This document shows positions 42,605-53,699 of a stretch of 62,424 nucleotides of DNA, in pieces. The position numbers were made by a program, and so were the translations under genes. The notes under the pieces were generated by a model. It did no database searches, was not told the origin of the DNA, and saw nothing but the letters and a program-made list of their open reading frames with translations. This stretch comes from Actinomycetes bacterium (GTDB taxonomy: Bacteria; Actinomycetota; Acidimicrobiia; Acidimicrobiales; Ilumatobacteraceae), in assembly GCA_014190055.1 (NCBI GenBank), contig BJFV01000001.1:1-62424 (forward strand), written 5' to 3'. Position 1 is the first letter of the stretch; every line of letters starts with the position of its first letter.

Positions 42605-43764
42605 CTTATTCTCTTTGCAAAACTCTCGGCATTGCGCACGAAATCTTCAACACTGTCGCCGCCGAAATTGCGCTGAGCCTCTTGCGCCAAAACTAAAGCG
42701 ACCATCGTCTCGGCCACAACACCCATCGCAGGCACCGCAGTGACATCGGTTCGCTCTTTGAAACTCACTGTTTCTTGCTTCGTCACGGTGTCTACAGTTT
42801 TCAATGTTGGACGATTCAACGTCGCCAATGGCTTCATCGCCGCACGCACAACAAGCATTTCACCTGTCGACATGCCGCCTTCGGTGCCGCCCGCCAAACT
42901 GGTTTCACGCGAATATCTGTTTGCAGATTCGTCCCAAATGATTGCATCGTGTGCATTGCTGCCACGTCGCGTCGCAACTTCAAAGCCATCACCGATTTCG
43001 ACACCCTTGACAGCCTGAATGCTCATAATCGCTTGGGCTAACAATCCATCTAGTTTGCGATCCCAATGAACGTAACTACCTAGACCCACGGGCATGCCGT
43101 AGGCAAGCACTTCAACAATGCCACCCAAACTGTCACCATCTTTGGCAGCACTCTCAATTTCGGCAATCATTTTTGCTTCGGCTTCAGGATTAAAACATCG
43201 CACTGGAGACTCGTCAATTTGGTCGAGATCGTAAATTTGCGGACGTACCAAATTTTCACTTCGCGCCGAACCCAATTGCAGAACGTGTGAAAAAACAGAA
43301 ACGTTTATTTGTTTAAGCAATAGTTTCGCCAGTGCACCGGCTGCAACTCGCGCGGCGGTCTCACGCGCACTTGCTCGCTCGAGCACATCGCGAGCATCGT
43401 CAAAGCCGTACTTCTGCATGCCTGTCAAATCGGCATGACCAGGACGCGGCTGTGTTAGCGGCTTCTTAGTTTTACCGGGCTCGGGAGACATCTCTTCGTG
43501 CCACACGTCGCTGCGAAACCACTCGCTATTTTTTATTTCGATCGCAACTGGCGAACCAAGCGTGCGACCGTGACGAATGCCGCCGATCAACACGATCTCA
43601 TCTTGTTCAAATTTTTGTCGTGGTCCACGCCCAAAACCCAAGCGACGTCGGGCCAATTCAGCATTGATGTCTTGCGAAGTCACTTCTAATCCGGCTGGCA
43701 GACCCTCAACAATCACAACTAGGGCTCGGCCATGACTTTCGCCCGCTGTGAGGTATCGAAGCAT
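42601..43764 (-). CDS. aroC: Chorismate synthase
   Basis: 387 aa, starting MLRYLTAGESHG.... Confidence 0.96.
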   Translation of the reverse strand: MLRYLTAGESHGRALVVIVEGLPAGLEVTSQDINAELARRRLGFGRGPRQKFEQDEIVLIGGIRHGRTLGSPVAIEIKNSEWFRSDVWHEEMSPEPGKTKKPLTQPRPGHADLTGMQKYGFDDARDVLERASARETAARVAAGALAKLLLKQINVSVFSHVLQLGSARSENLVRPQIYDLDQIDESPVRCFNPEAEAKMIAEIESAAKDGDSLGGIVEVLAYGMPVGLGSYVHWDRKLDGLLAQAIMSIQAVKGVEIGDGFEVATRRGSNAHDAIIWDESANRYSRETSLAGGTEGGMSTGEMLVVRAAMKPLATLNRPTLKTVDTVTKQETVSFKERTDVTAVPAMGVVAETMVALVLAQEAQRNFGGDSVEDFVRNAESFAKRIS

Positions 43765-43836
43765 AAATATCAGGCTACCTCTGAGGCACAGTTAGCGAAG
43801 AGGCATTAAATATAGAACGCTGTTACAGCAACGAAT

Positions 43837-44703
43837 CTATTGGCGATCTAAAGCCGCACGACGCATCAAGTCGGTATCTCCACGGACACCCAACCAAACC
43901 TCTTGCTGCAAAGATGCTTGATGCACCAACATCTCAAGACCATCGATTGTTTGCGCTCCTACTTTTTTTGCAGCCCCCAACAAACCAGTTTCCAAAGGGC
44001 GATACACCGCATCGAGCACAGTGTGTGTCGCGTTGATCAGAGTCACATCGATCGGCGCGATAACACTTTTGCTGTTTTGCTCGCCACTCGGATTAAACCC
44101 GACTGGTGTCGTATTGATAATTATCTCAGCGTTCGCAACCTCTCGATCAAGATTTGAACTGACACGACAGTTCTCATAATTTTGCGCGATTTTTTCTGCA
44201 TTCGCCGGCGTGCGATTAGCGATCACAACTTCGGCCGCGCCATTTTTGATCAGCGAATAAACAACTGCACTCGCTGTGCCACCAGCACCTAAAACAACTA
44301 CTCGACTCTTGGCAATTTTCTGAGAACTGTTCGCCTCAATTGCGTTGCAAGCCCCTTGACCATCAGTGTTCGTTGCGAACATTGAGCCGTCTTGTCGCAA
44401 CATGACCGTATTCGCCGAATTCGTAACCCTGACTATTTCATCGATTTCACCAATTTCTCGCACGAGTCTTGCGACTTCGTTCTTGTGCGGCATCGTCACT
44501 GATAAACCAGCGATGCCAAACACAGCCATGGCATCAAGCGCATCTTTGACCTTGCCGGCCTCAACTAAAAATGCAAGATAAAGCCAATTAACTTTTAGGG
44601 ATTCAAATACTGCGTTATGAATTATCGGCGACAAACTTTGCGCTACAGGGTCACCAATTACTGCAGCTAATCGTGTACCCGAATCAGGATTTCTACTGGT
44701 CAA
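43837..44703 (-). CDS. aroE: Shikimate dehydrogenase
   Basis: 288 aa, with SLSPIIHN and VLGAGGTA motifs. Confidence 0.92.
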   Translation of the reverse strand: MTSRNPDSGTRLAAVIGDPVAQSLSPIIHNAVFESLKVNWLYLAFLVEAGKVKDALDAMAVFGIAGLSVTMPHKNEVARLVREIGEIDEIVRVTNSANTVMLRQDGSMFATNTDGQGACNAIEANSSQKIAKSRVVVLGAGGTASAVVYSLIKNGAAEVVIANRTPANAEKIAQNYENCRVSSNLDREVANAEIIINTTPVGFNPSGEQNSKSVIAPIDVTLINATHTVLDAVYRPLETGLLGAAKKVGAQTIDGLEMLVHQASLQQEVWLGVRGDTDLMRRAALDRQ

Positions 44704-45902
44704 GGCAAGAATCCGCCAGCGCGTGCCGCTTCAACATTTTTCTCATGATCTTCGATAGTCGCTGCGAACGTGTGGCCGCCTTTGTCGTCGCTCAAAACAT
44801 AAAAGATGTAGGCACAGTTGGCCGCTTTTTTAATATCTTTGCAAATCGGGTCGCTAAGTGGTGGGTTCGGAGCAGGATTAAGAGCCGCACGAATCGCTGC
44901 CCTACCTGGGTTAGCGATTGGTGTCGGTGGCAGACCCTTTGACTTGTAGGTGTTGTATGGACTTTCGATCGCCTTTAACTCACTGAACGTGGCGTTCGGA
45001 TCAGCGTTGTAATAGAGCGTTGCATCAATTTGCAACGGCATGCCTCTCTCAAGGCGATTGTAAATAACTCTAGAAATTTTTGCCCGGTCAACTTCTAGTT
45101 TCGCTTCGCGCTCAATCAGCGAGGCGATAATCAAGACTTCATATGGTGACCGACCTACTTTTTCTTTTGCTTGATCAAGACCTTCTTGAATGCCCACTCG
45201 CTCCATCAAACGGAGCATCCGATCAATCACGCCAGCGGAGCCCTCATCGCCAGATACTTGATAAGTGTCGGGAAATAACAGACCTTCCAATCTGAATTCA
45301 GCGTCATCTAATCGACTTGGATCGATCGGCCCAAAGTTTGACAAAAATGCTGGGTTATTAGCCGTCGTCAAAAAATCTTGCGCTGTGATTCGCGAGGTTT
45401 TCTCTTCGATTCGTGATGCCATTTTGGAGACCGTAAAGCCCTCAGGAAATGTAACTTTCGTGAATGTCGCTGACGGACTTGTATTCAAAACTTTCATGAT
45501 GTTGCCAATGTGGCTGCGCGGCGTCAACAAGTAATACCCAGGCTGTAGGTCGATACCGCCTTTTCGGGAAACATAAAACTGAAAAACGCGCGAATTGACG
45601 ATGAAACCCTCATCTTCAAGTCTGCGACTCACACTCGCAACCGTGTCATCGGGGTTCACAGTGAAGTTGGTCGCGGCTTGAACTACACCTGCAACCGAAT
45701 CTGGTGGATTCAACTGACGCAAATACCAAAGTCCGCCAACCATCAGTGAAACTACGACCGTCATCACAACGGCAAGTGCTATAAACACCACTCGCGAATC
45801 TGGTCGACGCTCAACGACTACATCTTCGAACTCACTTCCACCCCAAGCATCAGGTCCATCCCACGGGTCTTCCTGCCAATTTGTGGAGTCATCATCTTTC
45901 AT
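44700..45902 (-). CDS. mltG: Endolytic murein transglycosylase MltG (YceG family)
   Basis: 400 aa with a single N-terminal TM helix and a YceG-like domain. It sits in the conserved ruvX-mltG-aroE context. Confidence 0.88.
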   Translation of the reverse strand: MKDDDSTNWQEDPWDGPDAWGGSEFEDVVVERRPDSRVVFIALAVVMTVVVSLMVGGLWYLRQLNPPDSVAGVVQAATNFTVNPDDTVASVSRRLEDEGFIVNSRVFQFYVSRKGGIDLQPGYYLLTPRSHIGNIMKVLNTSPSATFTKVTFPEGFTVSKMASRIEEKTSRITAQDFLTTANNPAFLSNFGPIDPSRLDDAEFRLEGLLFPDTYQVSGDEGSAGVIDRMLRLMERVGIQEGLDQAKEKVGRSPYEVLIIASLIEREAKLEVDRAKISRVIYNRLERGMPLQIDATLYYNADPNATFSELKAIESPYNTYKSKGLPPTPIANPGRAAIRAALNPAPNPPLSDPICKDIKKAANCAYIFYVLSDDKGGHTFAATIEDHEKNVEAARAGGFLP

Positions 45903-46339
45903 TTGCGATTCCGATCTGCGTGATCAAGCCAGCCTTGCAGCATTACAGCAGCCGCGATCTTGTCTACTATTCGCCGTCTTGCTTGGGCCTTCATGTTTGC
46001 TTGCATCATCGACTCGTTCGCAGTTTTTGAAGTCAGCCGCTCATCGTATGAATAGACCGGCACACTAAGTGCAGATTCCATTTCGTTAATTTCGTCTTGT
46101 GCGCTTTTAGCGGCTGGGCCAACTTTGCCAGACATACTGAGCGGCATACCTACAACTACACAATCAACTTCATACTCGTCGATCAATTCTTGAATTTTTT
46201 TGTGATCTTGAGCATGTGTTGAAGATCGCGTCAACACAGTAAGCGGAGAGGCGATAACACCACTGCTATCGCTCATCGCTACCCCAATTCTTCGCGTACC
46301 AAGATCGATGCCGAGGCTACGCATTGATGGTCTAGACAA
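45899..46339 (-). CDS. ruvX: Putative pre-16S rRNA nuclease / Holliday-junction-resolvase-like protein YqgF
   Basis: 146 aa, containing LGIDLGTRRIGVA. It follows alaS with an 8-nt overlap. Confidence 0.92.
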   Translation of the reverse strand: MSRPSMRSLGIDLGTRRIGVAMSDSSGVIASPLTVLTRSSTHAQDHKKIQELIDEYEVDCVVVGMPLSMSGKVGPAAKSAQDEINEMESALSVPVYSYDERLTSKTANESMMQANMKAQARRRIVDKIAAAVMLQGWLDHADRNRK

Positions 46340-48950
46340 TTTTGCTGGATGCTTGCGCCGCTACGAGCAATGCCTCGTCGAGAGCAGACGCGTTTTTACC
46401 ACCCGCAGTTGCAATGTCACCCTTGCCGCCGCCGCCACCACCAACCATTTTCGCGGCCTGGCTAATTAGTTCTCCTGCAGGCGTCGTGACACCCGACCCA
46501 GTTGCTGCAACCAACGCAACACCACCAGTCGGAGTTACACCACCCAGCACTACTGCCTTAATTTCTTTGCTGGCTCGAATTGCTATCGCCAACTCTCTTA
46601 GATCGCCGGGCGAAAGACCATCGACCCGTTCAATAACGACACCGTTCTTGCTCTTACTAATGAATTCAGTTGCGCGACCACGAGCAGCCGCCGATCGCAG
46701 AGATTTGACTTCGTCGTTCAACTCTTTAACTTCGGCAATTTTTCTTGACATCGATTCGACAAGAGCAGCAGAGTTCGTATCGAGTAACTCATTGAGTTTC
46801 TGAATCGTGCGTGCAGTCGAAATCACATAGTCAACCGCATTTTGGCCAGTGACCGCCTCGATCCGGCGCAAATTAGACCCGATTGAGCCTTCTTCAACGA
46901 TTTTGATCAAACCAATATCGCCGGTCGCCGAAGCGTGAGTGCCGCCGCACAACTCAATTGAGTCTCCTGCTTCTAAAACACGAACCATATCGCCATACTT
47001 GTCACCAAAAAATGCGATTGCGCCCGCCTCGGTCGCTTTCTCTTTCGAGGTCTCATAATTTTTGACATCAGAATTCGTCAAGACCTGAGCGTTAGCGATT
47101 CTTTCGATTTGTTCTATTTCGATTGCTGAGAGTGGCGCATAGTGGCTGAAGTCAAACCGCAATCTCTCTGCTGAAACAAGTGAGCCAGCCTGCTTCACAT
47201 GATCACCCAAAACTTTTCGCAATGCGTAGTGCAAAATGTGAGTTGCTGTGTGATTCTTGCGAGTCGCATTCCGCAAACCCGTATCGATAGTCGCCGTCAC
47301 TTCGGCACCCACAGTTATCTCACCAGATAGAACACCGACATGCTTGCGTAAGCCGGGCAATGCGAAGACCGTATCTGACACCTTGATCTCGCCACTCAAG
47401 CAGCGAATCGTGCCTCGGTCACCAACTTGGCCTCCGCTTTCGGCATAAAACGGAGTCACATCAAGAAAGACCTCAACTTGTGAGTCATCTAGTGCAACGA
47501 TTGACAACACCTTGGCTGAACACGAGTCTGATTCGTAACCCACGAATTTGGTTTGACCGTGGGCGTCAAGCACTTGACGATACTGATCAAGCACATCGTC
47601 GTTAGTTGCTGCACCCTTGCGCGCAGCCTTTGCACGCGTACGTTGCGCATCCATTTCGGTTTCAAATTCTGCAATGTCAACATTGATACTTCGTTCACCA
47701 GCAATCTCTTGGGTAAGTTCAAGCGGAAACCCATATGTGTCGTGCAATACGAAGGCACTCTTACCGCTGAGTGTTGACTTTTTCTTCGACGTCTTTATCG
47801 ACGAGAACTCGTTTTCTAACAAAGTCAGACCATTTTTGAGAGTCTGTCTGAAACTTTCTTCTTCTTTTGTCAACACACCAAGAATGAAATCTTTGTTCGT
47901 CTTCAAAGTCGGATGGGCTTCTTGCATTATTTCGACTGCCGTTTCAACCAATTGAGGCATCACCAACTTGTCGGTGCCAAGCAAATATGCATGACGCACT
48001 GCGCGCCTAAATATTCGACGTAGGACATATCCCCGTCCTTCATTGCTTGGAAAGACTCCGTCGTTGACAAGCATCGTCGCTGATCGGGCATGTTCGGCAA
48101 GCACGCGCAAAGAGAAACTCGACTTGTCTTCGTAGTCGCCGATTATGTATTTTGCTGATGTCGCTGACTGTGCTCTTTCGATCAACGGAAACAAGACATC
48201 GGTCTCCCAAATTGAATCTTTGCCTTGCTTCAGAGCCAAGATTCGCTCCAACCCTGCACCTGTATCAATAGACGGTTTAGGCAACGGAGTACGACTGCCA
48301 TCCTTGTCTTGATTGAATTGCATGAACACGAGATTCCAGAACTCTAAAAATCGATCACCCTTCGGATCATTTAAAGGACCACCATCTGGCCCGAACGAAG
48401 GACCGCGGTCAATGTGAATCTCAGAACACGGACCACACGGACCTGTCTCACCCATTTGCCAAAAATTGTCGGCATCGCCAAGTCGTTGTATGCGATTCAT
48501 CGGCACACCTACTTGATCGTGCCAAATCTGTTCTGCTTCATCGTCGCTTTCGTGGACAGTTATCCAAAGTTGATCTCCGTCAAAGCCAAAAACTTCGGTG
48601 ACTAACTCCCAACTCCAAGGTATTGCGTCAGTTTTGAAGTAATCACCGAAACTAAAATTGCCGAGCATTTCAAAAAATACGCAGTGTCGTTTGGTTCGCC
48701 CAACGTCGTCCAAGTCGTTGTGCTTGCCACCGGCACGAGCACACTTCTGAACACTCACCGCTCGCTTATACGGTGCCACTTCATCACCGACAAAATATGG
48801 CTTGAAGGGCACCATGCCAGCCACAGTGAACAAAATTGTCGGATCATGAGGTATCAAACTTGCTGATTCAACTTTTGTATGGCCGCGCTGCTCGAAAAAG
48901 CCCGTGAAAGCCTTTCTAAGTTCGTTCGCAGTGCGAATTTCAGCTGCCAT
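46332..48950 (-). CDS. alaS: Alanine--tRNA ligase
   Basis: About 872 aa from ATG 48950 (MAAEIRTANELRKAF). The ORF track allows TTG 48959. Class-II core, editing domain and C-Ala domain are all present. Confidence 0.96.
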   Translation of the reverse strand: MAAEIRTANELRKAFTGFFEQRGHTKVESASLIPHDPTILFTVAGMVPFKPYFVGDEVAPYKRAVSVQKCARAGGKHNDLDDVGRTKRHCVFFEMLGNFSFGDYFKTDAIPWSWELVTEVFGFDGDQLWITVHESDDEAEQIWHDQVGVPMNRIQRLGDADNFWQMGETGPCGPCSEIHIDRGPSFGPDGGPLNDPKGDRFLEFWNLVFMQFNQDKDGSRTPLPKPSIDTGAGLERILALKQGKDSIWETDVLFPLIERAQSATSAKYIIGDYEDKSSFSLRVLAEHARSATMLVNDGVFPSNEGRGYVLRRIFRRAVRHAYLLGTDKLVMPQLVETAVEIMQEAHPTLKTNKDFILGVLTKEEESFRQTLKNGLTLLENEFSSIKTSKKKSTLSGKSAFVLHDTYGFPLELTQEIAGERSINVDIAEFETEMDAQRTRAKAARKGAATNDDVLDQYRQVLDAHGQTKFVGYESDSCSAKVLSIVALDDSQVEVFLDVTPFYAESGGQVGDRGTIRCLSGEIKVSDTVFALPGLRKHVGVLSGEITVGAEVTATIDTGLRNATRKNHTATHILHYALRKVLGDHVKQAGSLVSAERLRFDFSHYAPLSAIEIEQIERIANAQVLTNSDVKNYETSKEKATEAGAIAFFGDKYGDMVRVLEAGDSIELCGGTHASATGDIGLIKIVEEGSIGSNLRRIEAVTGQNAVDYVISTARTIQKLNELLDTNSAALVESMSRKIAEVKELNDEVKSLRSAAARGRATEFISKSKNGVVIERVDGLSPGDLRELAIAIRASKEIKAVVLGGVTPTGGVALVAATGSGVTTPAGELISQAAKMVGGGGGGKGDIATAGGKNASALDEALLVAAQASSKIV

Positions 48951-48994
48951 AAATAACAAGCCTACTATTCACCCTCTTACGCAGGGCGCCAGGT

Positions 48995-49288
48995 TTAATT
49001 CAGCGAGATGTCGGACGGCTTAATTGTCGCGTCGAATTCAGATTTTAAGTCAGTCTGTTTAGCGAAGATCTTCTCTAGTTCGCCATCGTTGAGTGCTTGC
49101 CCGCCAGAGTAACCCTGCCAAAGACTTTGGACGCTTTCTTTAATCGAGTCAAAAATTACGATGAATCTTTCGATCAAGGCATCGGTTGAAAACTGTTGTG
49201 GATTTTCAGCGGCCTTCTTTTTCAAATAGTTCAACCCGAACACAGCAAGCACTGCTCCTAATACGAGCCAAAAAATTCGCTTAATCAT
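48995..49288 (-). CDS. Small hypothetical protein with an N-terminal TM helix
   Basis: 97 aa starting MIKRIFWLVLGAVLAVFGLNYL.... It is tightly packed between rarA (4-nt overlap) and alaS. I do not recognise a family. Confidence 0.6.
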   Translation of the reverse strand: MIKRIFWLVLGAVLAVFGLNYLKKKAAENPQQFSTDALIERFIVIFDSIKESVQSLWQGYSGGQALNDGELEKIFAKQTDLKSEFDATIKPSDISLN

Positions 49289-50622
49289 TTATCTTTTCTC
49301 GCTTTGTTTTGCGCTTGAATATTTGCCTCAACGTTATTCATCTTTTCGGCGATTGCTCGCTCGCTGCCGTGGTTTGAGGGTTGGTAATAATCACCACGGA
49401 TTTGGGGAGAACCTGGCTTTGACTCAGGCATATATTGCTGCTCGACAAAACCCCTCGGGTCGTCATGAGGGTAGACATAGCCGACACCATGGCCAAATTC
49501 TCGCGCACCTTCGTAGTGGCCATCTCTGAGATGCGCAGGCACTTCACTATTTACGCCACGTTGAATATCTTCGCGCGCCGACCAGATGCCAAGAGCGACT
49601 CGATTGCTCTTTGGCGCTGTGGCCAAATAGACAACCGCTTGAGCCAAATTAAGTTGTGCTTCTGGAAGACCTACGTGTTCGAGCGCAGTCGCCGCTGCAA
49701 CTGCAACCACCAACGCATTTGGGTCAGCCATGCCGATATCTTCGCTCGCCAAAATAACTAACCGTCTTGCTATAAAACGCGCATCATCTCCTGACTCAAG
49801 CATGCGCGCAAGCCAAAACAAACCAGCCTGCGGATTTGAGCCACGAATACTTTTGATAAATGCTGAGACGACGTCGTAGTGATCGTCTCTGCCATAGCGC
49901 AGCGCACTTACGCCCAATGCAGCATCGACATGTTTCAACGTGACATGACGATCATTCTCGTGTGAAAGCGCACACGCAACTTCGAGTGCGGTCAATGCTT
50001 GTCGGGCATCACCGCCACAACGTTGAGCCAATGTATCTAACGCTTCTTCGTCGGCTGTGACCGATTCGGCCACGACACCGCGCTGCAACAACTCTTTGAC
50101 ATCGCTAACGAGCAATGGCTCAAGGCGAAACAATGTCGATCGACTTCGAAGTGGCGCATTAATTTCAAAATACGGATTCTCCGTCGTTGCGCCGATCAAC
50201 GTGATGACCCCAGACTCAACCGACGGCAAAAGTGCGTCTTGCTGCGATGTCGAAAATCGATGTATCTCGTCGATAAATACGATCGTGCCTCGACCAAACT
50301 GACCAAGTCGTTCACTCGCCCGCTCGATGACCTCGCGAACATCTTTCACACCGGCGCTGACGGCTGAAAGCCGTTCAAAGAAACGATTGGTGGTCAAGGC
50401 CACAACTTCGGCAAGTGTTGTCTTGCCCGTGCCCGGTGGTCCCCAAAAAATCACCGATGAAAGTCGGTCACCCTCGATCAGTGATCGCAGTGGAGAATTC
50501 TTCGCAACGAGGTGACGCTGACCAACAACTTCGTCAAGCGTGCGCGGGCGCAACCTTGCTGCAAGTGGAGCCTGAGATTTCAATCGTTCAGCCGCCGCAG
50601 CGCTGAACAAATCGCTTGTCAT
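49285..50622 (-). CDS. rarA: Replication-associated recombination protein A (MgsA/RarA AAA+ ATPase)
   Basis: 445 aa, Walker A GPPGTGKTT, Walker B FIDEIHR. Confidence 0.93.
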   Translation of the reverse strand: MTSDLFSAAAAERLKSQAPLAARLRPRTLDEVVGQRHLVAKNSPLRSLIEGDRLSSVIFWGPPGTGKTTLAEVVALTTNRFFERLSAVSAGVKDVREVIERASERLGQFGRGTIVFIDEIHRFSTSQQDALLPSVESGVITLIGATTENPYFEINAPLRSRSTLFRLEPLLVSDVKELLQRGVVAESVTADEEALDTLAQRCGGDARQALTALEVACALSHENDRHVTLKHVDAALGVSALRYGRDDHYDVVSAFIKSIRGSNPQAGLFWLARMLESGDDARFIARRLVILASEDIGMADPNALVVAVAAATALEHVGLPEAQLNLAQAVVYLATAPKSNRVALGIWSAREDIQRGVNSEVPAHLRDGHYEGAREFGHGVGYVYPHDDPRGFVEQQYMPESKPGSPQIRGDYYQPSNHGSERAIAEKMNNVEANIQAQNKARKDK

Positions 50623-52391
50623 TTTGCCGCAGGTGGCAACAGCCTGATGCCCAATTCGTTAAGTTGATTTGGGTTCACTGTCGTCGGCGCATTAGTCATG
50701 GGATCAGAACCCGACTGCGTTTTTGGAAATGCGATCACCTCACGAATGTTGTCTTCTCCCGCCAAGATCGCCACGAGTCGATCGATACCGAACGCAAATC
50801 CACCGTGTGGGGGCGCCCCATACTTGAATGGTTGCAAAAAGAAACCAAATCGATTGTCGGCATCTTCGTCGCTTATGCCGAGTTGTCTAAACACGCGGCG
50901 CTGTAAATCTGGCTCATGAATTCGAATTGAACCAGAACCCAACTCCCAGCCGTTTAACACCAAGTCATACGCCAACGCTCTTACTGAAAGTGGGTCACTC
51001 TCAAGACGATCAACATCTTCGTGATGCGGGTGGCAAAAAGGATGATGCCCAGGCTGTGGCATCTTTGTAGTCGGGTTGATGCCAACGAACATCGGAAAGT
51101 CAACCACCCACACATATCTATAAGGCCCTTCGTGCACCGGCGGTCGACCAAGATCATTGCGCAGTTGGCCCAAGACTGAGCAAGTCGTTGACCAAGTGTC
51201 GGCAACAATCAATATCAAGTCGCCTACTTCAGCCTTGGTGAGAGAAAGTAGTTGCGCCTGCTCTGACTCGGAAAGAAATTTCGCCACTGGCGAATCAAGC
51301 ACTAGTCCTTCAGTAACTTTCAGCCACACCAGACCTTTGGCACCAAGTTTCTTTGCTTTGTCAGTTAGCGCATCAAGCTTGTTGCGACCCGATGCGGCCT
51401 GCTGCGGATAGTCGGCTGCGCGCACGCAAATTGCTTTGATCGACTCAGCCGAAGCAAACGCCTTGAATTCGGTTTTTGCAAAAACACTGGTCATCTCGAC
51501 CAACTTCATTTCAAATCGCAAATCAGGTTTGTCGATGCCGTACTGATTCATCGCGTCATGCCATGTCATGCGCTCAATGGGTGGCGGCTCAGAGCCTGTC
51601 GCTGCCTTTGCGGCTGCGATTACCGCAGTTGAAATCATCGCCATCACATCGTCTTTATTGACAAAACTCATCTCTGCATCGAGTTGCATGAATTCGTATT
51701 GGCGATCAGCACGCAGGTCTTCGTCGCGCAGACACTTGGCAATTTGGTAATAGCGATCCATGCCGGCGACCATGAGCAATTGCTTCCATAGTTGTGGTGA
51801 CTGCGGCAGGGCATAAAACGAACCGGGCTCGTTGCGAGAAGGCACTAAGAACTCTCTGGCGCCTTCGGGTGTACTCGGCATCAGCAGTGGTGTCTCGATT
51901 TCGGTAAAACCCTGCGACTCCATAGATTTGCGGATCGCCGAGTTAACCGCCGCTCTCAAGCGCAAATTCTTTTGCATTCGCTCTCGGCGAATATCTAAAT
52001 AGCGATATTTGAGACGAACATTTTCGTCAACATCGTCACCACGTTGATCAATCGGAAACGGCGGTGGTTCGGCGTTGTTCAGAATCTCGATCGTGCAATC
52101 TGACAGTTCGACCTTGCCGGTTGGAATATTTTCATTGACCGTGCCTTCTGGGCGTGCCTGCACCGTGCCAGTAACTCTGATCACCCATTCGCTTCTGACA
52201 TCGACCGAGTTATCAACCACACACTGAACGATGCCGCTGAAATCGCGCAAGTCTAAGAACGCAAGATGCTCGCCGTGCTCTCGTCGTCGCCCAACCCAAC
52301 CACACAAAGTCACGGTCTGGCCGATGTTTTCAGCACGCATATCTCCGCACAGATGGGTTCTAAGTGCTGTGCTGTTTACTTTTTGGTTCAT
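50619..52391 (-). CDS. aspS: Aspartate--tRNA ligase
   Basis: 590 aa with an OB anticodon-binding domain, a class-II core and a GAD insertion. Confidence 0.96.
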   Translation of the reverse strand: MNQKVNSTALRTHLCGDMRAENIGQTVTLCGWVGRRREHGEHLAFLDLRDFSGIVQCVVDNSVDVRSEWVIRVTGTVQARPEGTVNENIPTGKVELSDCTIEILNNAEPPPFPIDQRGDDVDENVRLKYRYLDIRRERMQKNLRLRAAVNSAIRKSMESQGFTEIETPLLMPSTPEGAREFLVPSRNEPGSFYALPQSPQLWKQLLMVAGMDRYYQIAKCLRDEDLRADRQYEFMQLDAEMSFVNKDDVMAMISTAVIAAAKAATGSEPPPIERMTWHDAMNQYGIDKPDLRFEMKLVEMTSVFAKTEFKAFASAESIKAICVRAADYPQQAASGRNKLDALTDKAKKLGAKGLVWLKVTEGLVLDSPVAKFLSESEQAQLLSLTKAEVGDLILIVADTWSTTCSVLGQLRNDLGRPPVHEGPYRYVWVVDFPMFVGINPTTKMPQPGHHPFCHPHHEDVDRLESDPLSVRALAYDLVLNGWELGSGSIRIHEPDLQRRVFRQLGISDEDADNRFGFFLQPFKYGAPPHGGFAFGIDRLVAILAGEDNIREVIAFPKTQSGSDPMTNAPTTVNPNQLNELGIRLLPPAAK

Positions 52392-52404
52392 TTTCTTTGT
52401 GCTT

Positions 52405-53661
52405 TCATTTTGTGTCTAATGCTTTGCGAACTTCGCCGAGCAAATCTTTTCGAGCGATTGAGTACTGCTCGCCAGAGCCCATGGGCCGTAACATTATGCT
52501 CGAATTCTCGACTTCTTCGGTGCCAATTATTAGTGCGACTTTCGCACCACTTCTGTCTGCCGACTTCATTTGAGCCTTCATACTTCGCAAGTCATAGGCA
52601 CGGTCTGCACGAAAACCGTTGCTACGCAACAAGTGGCACAATTCGTGCGCGTGACGACCGTCAACTGTGTCGACAACAAAGACATCGACCGCCGTTTGTG
52701 GCGCATCAAAAACTTGTTCGGCGTCACATGCAAGAAGTGTGCGATCTAGACCCAAAGCAAAGCCGATGCCTGGTGTCGCCGGCCCACCAAGCGCTTCAAC
52801 CAGACCGTCGTAGCGTCCACCACCACCAATTGCCGTGTGCGCGGCTTCGAGTGCCGTTGATGTGAATTCAAATGTCGTGCGCCGGTAATAATCGAGGCCA
52901 CGCACCAAGCGATTGTTTATCTCGTATTTAATATTCAACGCATCGAGCGCCTGCAAAACAGTTTCGAAATGTGCACTGGCCGTTGCGCTAATCGAGTCTC
53001 GAATAACGGGGGCTGCTTCGATTACTTTTTGATCTGGCTCACGCTTTGAATCGAGCACACGTAATGGATTGCGCTCTAGAGTGGCGCGACTTTCAGCTGT
53101 AAGACTCTTTTCATTCGCCTTCAGATACTTTGACAGCTGTTGCGAATATTTCTCGCGGTCACCTTCGTCGCCAAGCGTGTTGATAGATAGATGTACTTTT
53201 TTCAATCCGAGGTCTGCGTAAAATTTTGCCGCTAATGCAATTACTTCAGCATCAAGCAAAGGGTCATCGGCACCAAGAGCCTCGACACCAACTTGGTCAA
53301 ATTGTCGGTACCTGCCCTGTTGAGGTTTTTCGTACCGAAAATTCGGACCCGAATACCAAACTTTCCACGGCGTGGTCGGACGATGCTCGACAAACGCTCG
53401 ACAAACGCTCGCTGTCTGCTCGGGTCGCAATGCAACATGGCGACCGCCTTTGTCGTGAAAGTCGTACATTTCTTTGGTCACCACTTCGGTTGCTTCACCA
53501 AGTCGCAAAAAGACATCTAGGTCTTCAAACATTGGTGGAATGATGTAGCTATAACCAGCGGCTTCGACTGTGCGAGCAAAAACCTCTTGAAACGCACGCC
53601 AACGCGCAGAATTAGGCGCCAATATGTCGCGTGTACCAGGCGAAGTCTTGAATTCAGGCAC
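52405..53661 (-). CDS. hisS: Histidine--tRNA ligase
   Basis: 418 aa class-IIa synthetase (RYRQFDQVGVE, GGGRYDGL). Confidence 0.96.
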   Translation of the reverse strand: MPEFKTSPGTRDILAPNSARWRAFQEVFARTVEAAGYSYIIPPMFEDLDVFLRLGEATEVVTKEMYDFHDKGGRHVALRPEQTASVCRAFVEHRPTTPWKVWYSGPNFRYEKPQQGRYRQFDQVGVEALGADDPLLDAEVIALAAKFYADLGLKKVHLSINTLGDEGDREKYSQQLSKYLKANEKSLTAESRATLERNPLRVLDSKREPDQKVIEAAPVIRDSISATASAHFETVLQALDALNIKYEINNRLVRGLDYYRRTTFEFTSTALEAAHTAIGGGGRYDGLVEALGGPATPGIGFALGLDRTLLACDAEQVFDAPQTAVDVFVVDTVDGRHAHELCHLLRSNGFRADRAYDLRSMKAQMKSADRSGAKVALIIGTEEVENSSIMLRPMGSGEQYSIARKDLLGEVRKALDTK

Positions 53662-53699
53662 GCGTGAAGGCTAGACGCTTTGGCGACTTAAGCGAATCA